Notes: a model not told the origin generated them from the sequence alone. Positions 26,815-40,207 are shown, numbered from the whole stretch's first letter. The stretch is 63,434 nt of DNA, filler included, from Octopus bimaculoides (GCF_001194135.2; 3 parts of 3 records of this genome joined end to end with filler, not necessarily neighbours in it); one strand, 5' to 3'. Numbers and translations are program-made.

Positions 26815-27916
26815 CACATACATACTCGTGTATATGCGCACACTTGCAAACGTGCACACAAACACACATGTACACCACGTATACACGTATGTGTGTATAG
26901 TTATGTATGTATAACAAATTCGTGTTACGTGGCCGAACGCTTGGCTCTGAGGTAATCCCTTTTGCTTTCACGCTACGGAGAAATTAGGATTCCATTACGG
27001 ACAAGAAAATTTTAACCCAACTGCCTCTACCCTGCTAACAAACAGGTAAGATAAACGGGTGGACACTTTTCTACCTCTGCTATACTCCTTATATTGTCAG
27101 AGCTTATCAGTTATATCTGTTGTTGTTTCTGTTATTTAACCCCACGTCGGCCATGATTGATTAGGCCTATATTTCAAATTGTGATTTATTCCTTTCGTTA
27201 TTATGAGCATCAACGACTTACTCCTGTTATGTTATGATGTTATTTTACATCGGATTATGCTGCTATTTCTAGCGGTTCCATCGACTGCGTAGAGACCTAA
27301 GGGTGTCCTCTCGGCTGCAGCGGCGGCGGCGACAGTGTTGGCGTTTGCAGTGGAGGTAGTTAGTGGTGGTGGTGATTTCTTTTGCCGAATATGCTTCTAG
27401 TGTTTGTTGCTTTGTCAGCGCAACAGGTGTTCCAGAAATGGCTGTCCCGTCTTATTCATATACCAGGAGACAACGTCATCGAACATCTGCCGTTAACGTG
27501 TGATTTGAACACATTTAGCTGCTACTCCCAGCGAATCGCACGAACACACACACACACAAACACAAGGGCTCGTTATTTTGGCAGCGTACTAATCTACTGA
27601 CGATGGCTCTCCCGCGCCAAACACGATAACACGGAGATAAAACGACATGGTATATGTACGGTCCATGCATCGTTCCCAGATGCATAACTCCAGGCATTCC
27701 ACACTTCCATGTAGCTGACGGACGCACTACACATCCTTGAATGCAGTTGTTGTATATTGTGCAGTGTTGCAGTCCGGACATGTTGTGCAGTTCCCACTGT
27801 CCAGTTTTCACTCTATATCCATTGTCTGTTTTGAGAACCATACGGCACGAACTGTGCAGTTTTACAATATGGATTTCTTATCCTCTTCTCTCCCTTACTG
27901 TCCACTTCAAGGCTAG

Positions 27917-27948
<32 letters not shown>

Positions 27949-29521
27949 NNNNNNNNNNNNNNNNNNNNNNNNNNNNNNNNNNNNNNNNNNNNNNNNNNNN
28001 NNNNNNNNNNNNNNNNNNNNNNNNNNNNNNNNNNNNNNNNNNNNNNNNNNNNNNNNNNNNNNNNNNNNNNNNNNNNNNNNNNNNNNNNNNNNNNNNNNNN
28101 NNNNNNNNNNNNNNNNNNNNNNNNNNNNNNNNNNNNNNNNNNNNNNNNNNNNNNNNNNNNNNNNNNNNNNNNNNNNNNNNNNNNNNNNNNNNNNNNNNNN
28201 NNNNNNNNNNNNNNNNNNNNNNNNNNNNNNNNNNNNNNNNNNNNNNNNNNNNNNNNNNNNNNNNNNNNNNNNNNNNNNNNNNNNNNNNNNNNNNNNNNNN
28301 NNNNNNNNNNNNNNNNNNNNNNNNNNNNNNNNNNNNNNNNNNNNNNNNNNNNNNNNNNNNNNNNNNNNNNNNNNNNNNNNNNNNNNNNNNNNNNNNNNNN
28401 NNNNNNNNNNNNNNNNNNNNNNNNNNNNNNNNNNNNNNNNNNNNNNNNNNACTGTGCACTTCGATTTCAAAAATCTATCGATGACCAAACAACACGTTCT
28501 CACGGACAGTTTGTTGCAGCGTGTGTGTCGCAGCATTCGTTGCACTTTCCAGTGCGCCTCAGTGTTCAGGTTTATGCTGCACATATTTGCATGCAATTAT
28601 TTTTGTGTGGCACGGCACCGTTCCACTTAGACACAGACACATATTCACGTTTTGTTTTTGTCGACGCACCTAGGCAATTAGTAAGTATTATTCTGTCCAT
28701 GTTTTGCGTGCTTTGTTTTTTTTTTTAAAACAATGTTTCAGAACGTCATTTAAGGGAGATTTGGTTGCTATCTTTAGCACAACGAGCGGACATGCGTGCG
28801 TGTGTGTAGATTACTGAAGGATGTTAGCGAAAACTAAATGCATATAAGTTATAGGAGGTGGGAGAATAAATAACCATTCTCAGGTAGGTATTGAACTCGC
28901 ATATTTTAACGCCAGTGCATTTGGCCGTGCTACAACCACCCTCACTCGTCATCCTCCTCTTCTTCCTTTCCTCTTCATTAGATTATTATATGTAAACACA
29001 TTTATCTATGTGCGAGAATTTGCATGGGAAAGTATCCAATGCGACAGACAAACAGTGGACAAGGTTTCAAACCCTCTGTGTGAAGTTCAGTCTACATAGA
29101 GCTGTAAAGGTTTTCGAATCTCTTTGGAAGTTACGAAGACCATGCGGTGCTGCATATATAACTACCTCTAAGCATTTACGCAAAACATTGACTCAGCTTC
29201 ATTGATACTACTAATTAATAAGCACCGCCGTTTATTACTGGTATCTAGTAAAATGTATTAGCTCCAGAAGGATAAAAAAAATATTTTTCTTTTCTGTTAA
29301 TACCGAGCAATTTCTTTCTTTAAATTTGGTTTAATTTAAAAATTATATTGTCCCTCCACCGAATACTCCGCTGTTGGATTCCTTTGGGCGACGTGTCTGG
29401 CAGTAGTGTGCTTGAACTAATTTTCTTTCAGGCAGGGGAAAAAAAAAATTAAATCTGTTAAAATGAATTTTCTTTTTATAGTTTGTTTAGTGGTTCTCTT
29501 CTTTTCCGTTCTTGAACCTCC

Positions 29522-29925
29522 ATTGCTGCTAGACCGAGAGATCCCTTTATTATAAAGGGATCACTGAGTCCTTCTTCTGGCAGATAGATAAAAATTTAAG
29601 CTGATTAACCACAGGGTTTCCATTAGGGTTTCCCTCTTAATCACACTGCTTAGTATCTTCCTGTGTCTTAGTTTTTGTCCACAGCCTTTATAAACCCTCA
29701 TAAGTCTAACTTCCATTTCTGCTAGATCCAGGTATCCCTTTATTATAAATCGATATCTGGGTCCATCTTCTGGCTAGGAGATAACGTGTGGCAGATAGAT
29801 AGAAATTTAAGCTGATTCACCATAGGGTTTCCATTGGCCCTCTTAACCACCCTGCTTTGCATCTTCCTCTTTCTCTGTGTGTGTCTTGGGTGTCGTCCAC
29901 AACCTTCAGAAACCCTCATAATTCT
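29522..29925. repeat. Imperfect direct duplication of a roughly 200-bp unit, each copy starting with a hairpin
   Basis: Shared blocks gctaga..., atccctttattataaa, ggcagatagata.aaatttaagctgatt.acca.agggtttccatt, cctcttaa and aaaccctcataa. Confidence 0.85.
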
Positions 29926-30024
29926 GGTCTGTTCGTTCTGTTATATATTCTGCTAATAAGTGCCTTTTTTTTATATGCAGCCATATTGTGTTTGATCTGT
30001 TCCGTGTGAAGACTGACATCTCAC

Positions 30025-30064
30025 CATAACAATGTCTTCATGGCCCCTCCCTCATTCTATTCCA
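30025..30064 (-). CDS. Candidate 40-nt exon holding a start codon (GCCATG at 30041, MKTLL.., ends in phase 2) or a purely 5'-UTR exon
   Basis: Minus strand reads ttttaatttcttgcag|TGGAATAG...GCCATGAAGACATTGTTATG|gtgaga. All three frames contain a stop when read from the acceptor, so any coding must start internally. Confidence 0.45.
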
Positions 30065-30451
30065 CTGCAAGAAATTAAAATCCCCCCACTCCACGCTACA
30101 CATACCTTTGTATGTTTCTTTATCTTCCTAGAAGAAAATTAATTGCGACAATATTGTCGGGAATGTGATACAGGAGAATCCTATAACATAGTTTTCGGTG
30201 ATTTAAGACAATGTTTCTTTTTTTTTTTTTTTAAATTCATTTGGATAAATAAAATTCTTTCATCTTTCTGCGGTTGACATATTCTTCAGTAGATACCAGT
30301 AAAGCACGGTGGGAAATTTAATGAACTATATAAATATGGTTAAGTCCAATTAAAAAAAAATTATTTTTTAGTGGCTCCATGAAGGATACCCCAGTAACAA
30401 ATGACCCTTTAATTTATTTACTAACTGTTAGGATTTCCGAGATCAATGGGG

Positions 30452-30551
30452 NNNNNNNNNNNNNNNNNNNNNNNNNNNNNNNNNNNNNNNNNNNNTTAAT
30501 TAATTAANNNNNNNNNNNNNNNNNNNNNNNNNNNNNNNNNNNNNNNNNNNN
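30452..30551. other. Artificial assembly linker: 44 N + TTAATTAATTAA + 44 N
   Basis: Exactly 100 bp, has stop codons in all six frames, and is identical to 60781-60880. Confidence 0.95.
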
Positions 30552-30784
30552 AAGAAGAAGAAGAAGAAGAAGAAGAAGAAGAAGAAGAAGAAGAAGAAGA
30601 AGAAAAAGAAGAAGGTGAAGGAGAAGAAGAAGAAAAAGAAGAAGAAGAAGAAGAAGAAGAAGAAGAAGAAGAAGAAATAACAGAGAAAGAAAAAGAAAGA
30701 AGGAAAACAACATCAAAAACAATAATGATAATAAAAACAATAACGATCGTCATGAAAATAATAATGATGGTGATGATGTTCTTC

Positions 30785-30827
<43 letters not shown>

Positions 30828-31417
30828 CGCTGATGATGTTGACGGTGATGATGATGATGACGGTAACAACAGCAACAACAACAACAACAGCAACAATGAT
30901 CATAATAATAATAATAATAATAATGACAAGAAACAACAATGCAAATATGGAATGATATCTTATTGATTTCTCAACCTTATATACATCTCCATCCATTCAA
31001 CTTCGTATTTCCTTACTGTCAATTCTTTCCTCTCCCCACCTCCTCCTGAGTCTTTCACGCTGTCTCACCACTCTTCTGACAGTTTCTCGCCTTCATGCCA
31101 TCCTATCATCATTATTATATCTTATATACATCATTGAATAAATAGCCTACATATAGTCAGTTATTATCACATTCTCTTTTTCCAGTCTTATTTTGTTATA
31201 AGATTTTGGTCGGTGATTTTGTTGTTGTTGTTGTTGTTATTGTTTTTTTTCCTGTTTCCACCGTCGTTACATTCTTGTTCTCTTTTTTTGTTGTTTTTTT
31301 TTTGTTTTTTTTCCTATTTTCCGAGAGACAGAAATCATATGAAGGTGATGATAATGAACGATGATATTGCTACTACTGCTGCTGCTACTGCTGTCGACGA
31401 CGACGACGACGACGATG

Positions 31418-31488
<71 letters not shown>

Positions 31489-31557
31489 AACAAGGGAGTG
31501 GGGGTGATGATGATGATGATGATGATGATGATGAGGAGGAGGAGGAGGAGGAGGAGG

Positions 31558-31595
<38 letters not shown>

Positions 31596-31760
31596 AAGAA
31601 TGATGATGTGATAGTAATAATGATGATGATGAGGAGGAAGACAAAGAGAGTGAGGATAATGATGCCGATGTTGATGATGAGTAAGATGATGCCAGTGTTG
31701 ATCGATGATTACGATGCTGCTGAAGATGAAGAGATGACGAGAATGATGATGATGATGACG

Positions 31761-31797
<37 letters not shown>

Positions 31798-31832
31798 TGA
31801 TGACGATGACGATGACGATGACGATGATGATT
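30552..31832. repeat. Compound trinucleotide microsatellite field: (GAA)n, (GAT)n, (CAA)n, (ATA)n, (GAC)n, (GAG)n
   Basis: Directly visible; its poly-M/D/H/S/I ORFs are artefacts. Confidence 0.95.
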
Positions 31833-32183
31833 AATTTAATTATAAACCTCACAAGCTAAGGGCAGAAAGGAAATATAAGCATACAAATAAAACGAGGAAG
31901 TTAAAAGTTCGGAAGTTGGGAAATACTGACATATTTATTACTGGGGAACATTAATTGGCCGAGAGCCGGGTCATGTGCCTAGTGATAAATGTTATGACAA
32001 GCGGTGAACTGTACCCGGTTCGTACGAATCGGTGCGAACTGAGTAGCTTTTTTTGCCGGACGCTAAAGTGAGACAACTCAGACAGGTTATGATGTTAATC
32101 ACGCCACAGAGTCAAACTTAGCCACCAACGCTCGGTGACAACTCAGGAAGATCCTCAATATTTTGAAGTAAACTNNNNNNNNN

Positions 32184-32405
32184 NGGGGGGGGGTGAGCTT
32201 GCAGAATCGTTACCACGCCGGCTGAAAGGCTTAGCGGCATTTCGTCCGTCTTCACATTCTGAGTTCAAATTCCGCCTAGGTCGACTTTGCTTTTCATCCT
32301 TTCAGAGTCAATAAAAGAAGTACCAGTTGAAAATTATGGTCGGTGTAATTGAATCACTTCTTCCCCGAAATTACCAGCCTTGTGCCAAAATTTGAAATCA
32401 ATATT
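32184..32405 (+). mobile_element. SINE family A, near full length
   Basis: ggtgagcttgcagaatcgtta...gagttcaaattccgcctaggtcgactttgc...gccttgtgccaaaatttgaaatc. Confidence 0.9.
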
Positions 32406-32774
32406 TTGAAGCAAACGTAAATAACTGTTTGCTGCATAAAATGTTCTATTTCAATCCTCACTCAGAAAGATTAGTAAGATTATTTTACTAGCATTGCGGT
32501 AAATAAAGTCGTAATGGTAGTATTGTAATATACACGAGATTCTATCAGTGGATGAGTGGTTATATAAACATATCTGTGTATGTAACTGTGTATTGCTGTA
32601 ATTTTGTGCTTGTATGTATGGTTTTCTTAGCTACTACCTCTTTCCATCTATCTCTTCTACTGTCACACCAATTCACTGATTCCCACAGTATTACGACGTC
32701 TAGCTTTCTGTCTCAGCTCTTTTCCTCACTATACTTTAATATATTATTGTAATCATAACTCTTTCTCTGATCGT

Positions 32775-33211
32775 ATGCGCCAAGATATGGATACTGAAAT
32801 CTCTAAGAGAATAACAGTAGGATTAAAGGTTTTTAACTCAATAAAAAACGTGTACCAAACAAAACTAAACAATGCCATACGTGTCAGACTTTTCAATAGC
32901 AACCTCCTACCTGCGCTCTATACGCAAGTGAGATGTGGGCTACTACGAAGAGGATAGAACATTGATTAGTTACGGCGCAAAGAGTCATGGAAAGATACAT
33001 GCTAGGAATATTATTAAGAGAGCATATCCGAAATGAGATAATTCGTGAACGGAGCGACAGGGAACTATGCGGTCGCAGAATGCCAAACGTACAAGTTCCG
33101 CTAATCCGGACATGTCACAAAGTTTACGGACATCAAGAGGACCCATGCAGTTGCTGAATGGTATCCAGGAGACCAGAAAAGGCCTCCACAACAACTGGAA
33201 GACGATTTTGT
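32775..33211 (+). mobile_element. RTE-clade LINE fragment (RT thumb / C-terminal region), frameshifted
   Basis: Translates across frameshifts as EISKRITVG..FNSIK...RLFNSNLLPAL / YASEMW...LVTAQRVMERYMLGI..REHIRNEIIRE / GHV.K.TD.KRT..V.EWYP..QKRP, the typical RTE C-terminal pattern. Confidence 0.9.
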
Positions 33212-33516
33212 CAACCATCCACAAAAAATACCCAAATTTTATTTAATTTGCTTTGCGGGAAGGACTGTTCCAACGAAGTCGCGTATTGTCCTTGCCTTCG
33301 AAACGCGGAGTAGATGGAACAGGTACAACTGACGAATGTCTCGTTTCTCTGTTGTTTCGTTGTTCGAAAAAAGTTCGTTTTCTGTTTTCGTCTTTATGTT
33401 TCCGTTTCTCATTGAGTTTAACGTTTTTTTGTGATGTCCTGTACACATATATGCATGTATGTATACATATAGATGTAGGTATGTACATATATGTATGGAT
33501 ATATGCATGTTTATAT

Positions 33517-33554
<38 letters not shown>

Positions 33555-34690
33555 NNNNNNNNNNNNNNNNNNNNNNNNNNNNNNNNNNNNNNNNNNNNNN
33601 NNNNNNNNNNNNNNNNNNNNNNNNNNNNNNNNNNNNNNNNNNNNNNNNNNNNNNNNNNNNNNNNNNNNNNNNNNNNNNNNNNNNNNNNNNNNNNNNNNNN
33701 NNNNNNNNNNNNNNNNNNNNNNNNNNNNNNNNNNNNNNNNNNNNNNNNNNNNNNNNNNNNNNNNNNNNNNNNNNNNNNNNNNNNNNNNNNNNNNNNNNNN
33801 NNNNNNNNNNNNNNNNNNNNNNNNNNNNNNNNNNNNNNNNNNNNNNNNNNNNNNNNNNNNNNNNNNNNNNNNNNNNNNNNNNNNNNNNNNNNNNNNNNNN
33901 NNNNNNNNNNNNNNNNNNNNNNNNNNNNNNNNNNNNNNNNNNNNNNNNNNNNNNNNNNNNNNNNNNNNNNNNNNNNNNNNNNNNNNNNNNNNNNNNNNNN
34001 NNNNNNNNNNNNNNNNNNNNNNNNNNNNNNNNNNNNNNNNNNNNCAAAATTGGCCGTTGTGAGCATTAGGGAGTGGGGTTACTCAATTACAAGCTTTCAC
34101 AAACTATATTCGTAACCTAATCCCCCCCCCCCCTAATGCCTACAACTGCCATATTTGTTGGTTATTCTCCCATTTCATAGATAGCCTCGACAGACTTCAG
34201 CCACCTTCCTGCTGTATTCTTGGGATATTCTTTTGTCTCATCTGATGATTACAGTCTTTTGTAATGAAGTAATGTTCTCATTCTTCTATCCAAAAATGCG
34301 TTAGAAACAGCTTTAACGAGCTGACAATTATCCATCATCTGTTATTATTCATTTGATTACAATGCACCAAGGGGATTTACGACTTGTCGGACACCCTAGC
34401 GAATACCAACAACATACAATTCAACGTAACGTGCACTTTGGACCAGCACCTACCGCTAAAAACTCTCAGGGTTGAAGTTTTCTGTGTACACAACCGGAAT
34501 ATACGATTTGATACTTACCAACGATAGGCTAGAACCACAGGTTTATCCAACCCTACTTGGTGCATATCTTTTCAAGTACCCGATTCTGTCTGAATCCTTC
34601 TTCTACTATATGTGTCTGTGTGTGTGTGTGTGGGTGTATAAATTTACTTGGAAATAGATGCGTGGGGTTCAATTAAATAATAATATAAAT

Positions 34691-34735
<45 letters not shown>

Positions 34736-34739
<4 letters not shown>

Positions 34740-34975
34740 GTACAGGACGTCACCAACAGTAAACAACATGAATAACGAAAACAAGCGAGTTAAATACGCA
34801 AACGAGAGAAAATTTGTAAACAGGGCAAGTAACACAAGGAACAACCCTTCATCAGTTGTCGGCTGTCTATCTACTCCTCATTTCGAGCATTTAACGACAA
34901 TATGAGTCTTCGAGGACATTTTCTTCCATAACTTCCAGAACAAATTTTGGATTTTATGGAGGGTCAAAGTAAGAA
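34736..34975 (-). mobile_element. Interspersed repeat, probably PLE-associated; contains CTGATGAAGGG (minus strand, 34845-34855)
   Basis: Shares cccttcatc(a/g)g with the hammerhead-like motif at 61581; family assignment is inference. Confidence 0.35.
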
Positions 34976-35361
34976 CCTAAAGCAGGACAGTGGAGACATA
35001 CAAGGAAACCGAACGAAAACAAATATGGAGGGTCGTTAGACTAGAACGAGAGGAAAAATAGTGAACGATGGAACAAATAGTTTCTTTGGAAAGAGAAAAA
35101 TAGAAGAGAGGGATAGAAGATGCCCAGTCCCTAAAACGTCGTGCAGGAAAAGAAAGATGGCCACGCGAGGAAAAGAAATATGGACGATGGTCACGCGTGA
35201 GCAACGAAAGAGAGAAAAGGAGAAAGAGGTAGGGAGAAATAGAGACAGATAGACAGGAAACAGCGAAGGGGAGAAAAAGGGAATTAGAGAAGGAGAGGAG
35301 AGAAAACAGTATAGAGTCGCATCAAAAAAGTTACTTCCAGTATTCACTATTTCTCCCTTGT

Positions 35362-35394
<33 letters not shown>

Positions 35395-35404
35395 NNNNNN
35401 NNNN

Positions 35405-35441
<37 letters not shown>

Positions 35442-36170
35442 CATCTGAATATATGTGCTTATGAATGTAGGACATATGTATATGTATAATCTTTCTTATA
35501 AGTAAAATATAGAATATAAAATATTAATCGGTGTTTAATATATAGCTAAAAAACATTAATAGCAGCAGCAACAACAACAACAACAACAACAACAATAATA
35601 AATGATAATAATAATAATAAATAAATGATAATAATAATAATGATAATTATAATAAAATGGTGATAATACTATAAATCTATTTAGATGTATAACAGAAAAT
35701 GATAAATAAAAAATGGTAAAATAAAAAAAACCATATCTATAAAGAGTGTGTACATTTTGTGGAAGAGTTTGTTGTGCAACAAGAACCTTTATATGTACAA
35801 GCATATATCATCTGTAAGATGTGATTAATATCAGGTAGATTGGAAAGAATCAACTTAACAATAAAAATTGGGATAGTTCAGAGAGATAGTTTTTCAAAAA
35901 TACACATTATATAAATGGAATAAGTTACGAATAAGAAGGAAGAAATGGGTGGGGTGGAATAAAAAGAAAAAATATATAAGGGCAAAATTTTACACCGAAA
36001 TAGTATTATAAATGATTGGATATATCAGTAGTAAAAGTATGTAAGTATCATACAGATTGGCAATATACAATTAATATAAATAATAATAATTATTGGAATA
36101 GGTAAGAGAGGGATGTGTTTGAGTACATATTGTAAAGGAAATAAATTACAGAAAAATTAGTGTGTGTGTG

Positions 36171-36214
<44 letters not shown>

Positions 36215-36736
36215 TAGAAAAATTAATGTGTGTATATATATATAAAGGGAGGTCCCAAAAAATGATGACTAAGAATATGAGAGAAAAGGAGGTACATGAA
36301 GATTTGGTAAAGATGTTATACCAATATAAAGAGGGTCATATAATTATAAGGGGGAATGGTTGAGTAACAAATAAATATCCAAGTAGCGTAAGATAATTAA
36401 TATAGAGAGTGTTATAGAATAAAAATCTGATACCATATATAGGAATGATATGTAGAGAGAGGTATTTTAACAAAAAACTTAATTATAAACAGAAGGAAAA
36501 AGATATAAAGAATTAAGGTAGGCGGGGAAGGATTATTTAAGATTAATAAAAAAGAATTTTGACATATGTCTGCAAGAAAAAACTTTTTCGTCTCTAGAAT
36601 TAAGAAGAAGACCGTTCATTTTCATTATTTTATGACTTTCTTTGAGGCATAATTTACAGATCTTATTATGTCTATAAGATGGGGCTGAAGATAGTATTTT
36701 CCAAGAAATTGAGCGATCTATATTGCTTCTTTTGAG

Positions 36737-36867
36737 GCAGGCGTGGCTGTGTCGTAAGAAGCTTGCTTCCCAACCACATCGTACCGGGTTCAGTCCGATT
36801 GCTTCGCCTCAGACCGACCAAAGCCTTGTGAGTGGATTTGATAGACGGAAATTGGAAGAAGCCCGTC

Positions 36868-36899
<32 letters not shown>

Positions 36900-37157
36900 N
36901 NNNNNNNNNNNNNNNNNNNNNNNNNNNNNNNNNNNNNNNNNNNNNNNNNNNNNNNNNNNNNNNNNNNNNNNNNNNNNNNNNNNNNNNNNNNNNNNNNNNN
37001 NNNNNNNNNNNNNNNNNNNNNNNNNNNNNNNNNNNNNNNNNNNNNNNNNNNNNNNNNNNNNNNNNNNNNNNNNNNNNNNNNNNNNNNNNNNNNNNNNNNN
37101 NNNNNNNNNNNNNNNNNNNNNNNNNNNNNNNNNNNNNNNNNNNNNNATATATATACA

Positions 37158-37188
<31 letters not shown>

Positions 37189-37423
37189 GTGTATATATAT
37201 ATATATTTGTGCGTGTGTGTTTGTATTTGTTGCCCCCGCCATTGCTTGACAATCAATGCTAGTGTGTTTATGTCCCCGTACCTTATCGGTTCGGTAAAAG
37301 TGTGCGATAAAATAAGTACTAGGTTTACAAAGAATAAGTCCTGGGGTCGATTTCTCCGACTAACACTCTTTAAGGTGGTGCTCCAGCATGGTCGCAGTAA
37401 AATGACTGAAACAAGTAAAAGAA
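36737..37423 (+). mobile_element. SINE family B, full length, with internal (TA)n / gap / (ACAT)n
   Basis: Head 36737-36870 and tail 37205-37423 are both intact. Confidence 0.9.
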
Positions 37424-38929
37424 TATATATCTATGTATATATATATGTATGTATATATACCTTTCAGCGTATCTTTTTTATCCTTCTCTTTCGTCCACCT
37501 TACATCTTCAACTCCTAATTCTGTGTAATAACCCTTCTTTGCAATATCTCTTCTACCTAATCGACCCTAGCAAATAAACTCTCTAACTTTATACTCTCAG
37601 AATTTTTACGAATGCAGACCATAACCAGCTTCCTTGGGTTACCTTTTTTCATATCGTATTAATGAAGCGATATTTCATAGCCATTTCTGGCATTTATATA
37701 CTAAATCGCAGTTAAAATTTTAACGGATATGCGATGGCTGCTAAGCGAATCGTTTGTTGAAATTTTGGCAGCTAAAAGATTGATTTCTATAGTCATGACA
37801 GAGCACCGCTAGTTCTCCCTTTTACTTCTTAATTCAAATCCCACCGCTGTCGATTAAAACTCTCAATACTTCGAGCACTTGTGCCAATTTAGTAATTACT
37901 TATAATTATGATAATCAGTGGAGTGGTAAACAAAATGTAAAAAGTCTCTCGCTTGTGCTTTGTAGAGTGTTCTGAAAGCAGTAAAAATATCTGGGCAATG
38001 ACGATAATTTTACGGATTTGTACAAAGAGCTAGGATTTGAGAAAAGTGTTTAATGCGGCATTTGTAGAATGAAACTCAGCAGTGATCACAAACAAGTGAG
38101 TGACTGTACACGAATGTATGGGAGAAATGGCGTTACGCTCCTTGGTAATGTGCATGGAAATGTATAGTAGTTCGATTCCTTTCACAAGGCCTAGTTTTGA
38201 GAAAAGGGTTCTGCCTACAGCTTCTGCAGAACTTCAAGCCTGGGCAGTATGATATGGAGGACAAGTTGTTTCACATACAGCGTATTCCCACTCGACACGA
38301 CACTGGTGGATCCAAACGGACAGCACAGCCGTTACAATTTGACACGAGCATCGTTACAAACGTTTCCAGAATGAAGTTGTAGACAGTAGTAGACAATTGT
38401 AGATAACGTTCAACTGCATCTGGGAGCCTAACCCCCGATTTTTCCACAGGGTTTATTCTCGAGGCCTTTCCCATGGTTAGGTATGGCGGCAAAACAGCGG
38501 AAGTTTGGAATTAGGGTTTTCCTTCCTCTAGATGGGTTGCTCCCTATGGCTAACGTGTCCCATTTGCCCGACTGAGTCAGAGTAAACATGGGGAACAATT
38601 GTATCTAAGAGCTAGTTCCACACTCCTCAAAATCCTAGAAATCTCTAACCAGGGCCCCATCACAAGATGCAGTTTAAAGCCATCCCCAGGACAAACTGAT
38701 GACTTCACAAAATGAATTCCAGAGCGATGAAGTTCCGAACAGGCAGGATTAGATATATTGTTTAGTATTTCAAGACTTCAAGTAGATTACTGTGTTGTCA
38801 ATATTGTAGTTAATCTACAAACTGATTTAAACCGACAGTGGAAGCAGAGGTGTGTTTTTTTTATTAGGTATTTATCTATTTTTTCATAGAGGTAAATTTA
38901 TTATCAATATATTTTTTACAGGAATTGAA

Positions 38930-39125
38930 GTGGTGAGGTGGCAGAATCGTTAGCACGCCGGGCAAAATGCATAGTGGCATTTCGTCCGTCAAATTCCACT
39001 GAGGTCGGCTTCGCCTTTCATTTCAGGGTCGATAAGATAATAAATACCAGTTGAGTACTGGGGTCGATCTAATCGATTTATCCCGCTCCCGAAATTGCTG
39101 GCCTTGTGCCAAAATATGAAACCAT
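38930..39125 (+). mobile_element. SINE family A with an internal deletion
   Basis: ggtgaggtggcagaatcgttagcacgccgggc...ggccttgtgccaaaatatgaaacc. Confidence 0.9.
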
Positions 39126-39513
39126 TATATTTCTTTATAGGAACAAAAGAAAGGAAAAAATTGAAAGTAAAGAAGATCAAATTTTCGAGAGAAAAAACCC
39201 ATCACTACCTCACCAAGAGAACAAAGAAAAGGAAGAAAAAATGAAGGGGTATTAAGCAGAAGAAAATTGTGGGGAGCGAGTAATGGGTTGTACACCCCAA
39301 ACCAAATGACCTGTTCAGCTGCGCTTACTTTAGTATTGTTACGTATCAACCGTTATCAGCGCAGTCTTAATGAATGTATAAATTTCAAAGGCTACAGTAA
39401 TTGTAGACTTCAGTTAACAAGAACGAGAACGTTTCAACAAGAAGTCTTCTTTTTACATGGTTGATACACCTGGTAGAAATAGCAGTCTATTCTCGCTCAA
39501 CTAACACGCGCGC

Positions 39514-39574
<61 letters not shown>

Positions 39575-40148
39575 NNNNNNNNNNNNNNNNNNNNNNNNNN
39601 NNNNNNNNNNNNNNNNNNNNNNNNNNNNNNNNNNNNNNNNNNNNNNNNNNNNNNNNNNNNNNNNNNNNNNNNNNNNNNNNNNNNNNNNNNNNNNNNNNNN
39701 NNNNNNNNNNNNNNNNNNNNNNNNNNNNNNNNNNNNNNNNNNNNNNNNNNNNNNNNNNNNNNNNNNNNNNNNNNNNNNNNNNNNNNNNNNNNNNNNNNNN
39801 NNNNNNNNNNNNNNNNNNNNNNNNNNNNNNNNNNNNNNNNNNNNNNNNNNNNNNNNNNNNNNNNNNNNNNNNNNNNNNNNNNNNNNNNNNNNNNNNNNNN
39901 NNNNNNNNNNNNNNNNNNNNNNNNNNNNNNNNNNNNNNNNNNNNNNNNNNNNNNNNNNNNNNNNNNNNGGAACTGGTAATGAGTATGATATAAAGTGTAG
40001 ATCGCTACATGTTCGGTGCGCTTAATTATACGATGTCAATCGCAATCAAAAACAAAGAACTTCTACATTAACATATGCTATTACGTTAATTGCATAATAA
40101 CAGATACATCGAAATATATACATCATATACTACGATCAATTTAAGCTT

Positions 40149-40207
<59 letters not shown>

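Noticed and set aside
34241-34280. CTGATGA-ttaca...tgtaa-t-GAAG hammerhead-like string
   Set aside because: GAAG instead of GAAA, and no stem III or NUH triplet.
38500-38575. Sequence resembling an RTE 5' region (ttccttcctctagatgggttgc...ggctaacg..cccat)
   Set aside because: Recalled similarity only; too short to support as a feature without a library search.
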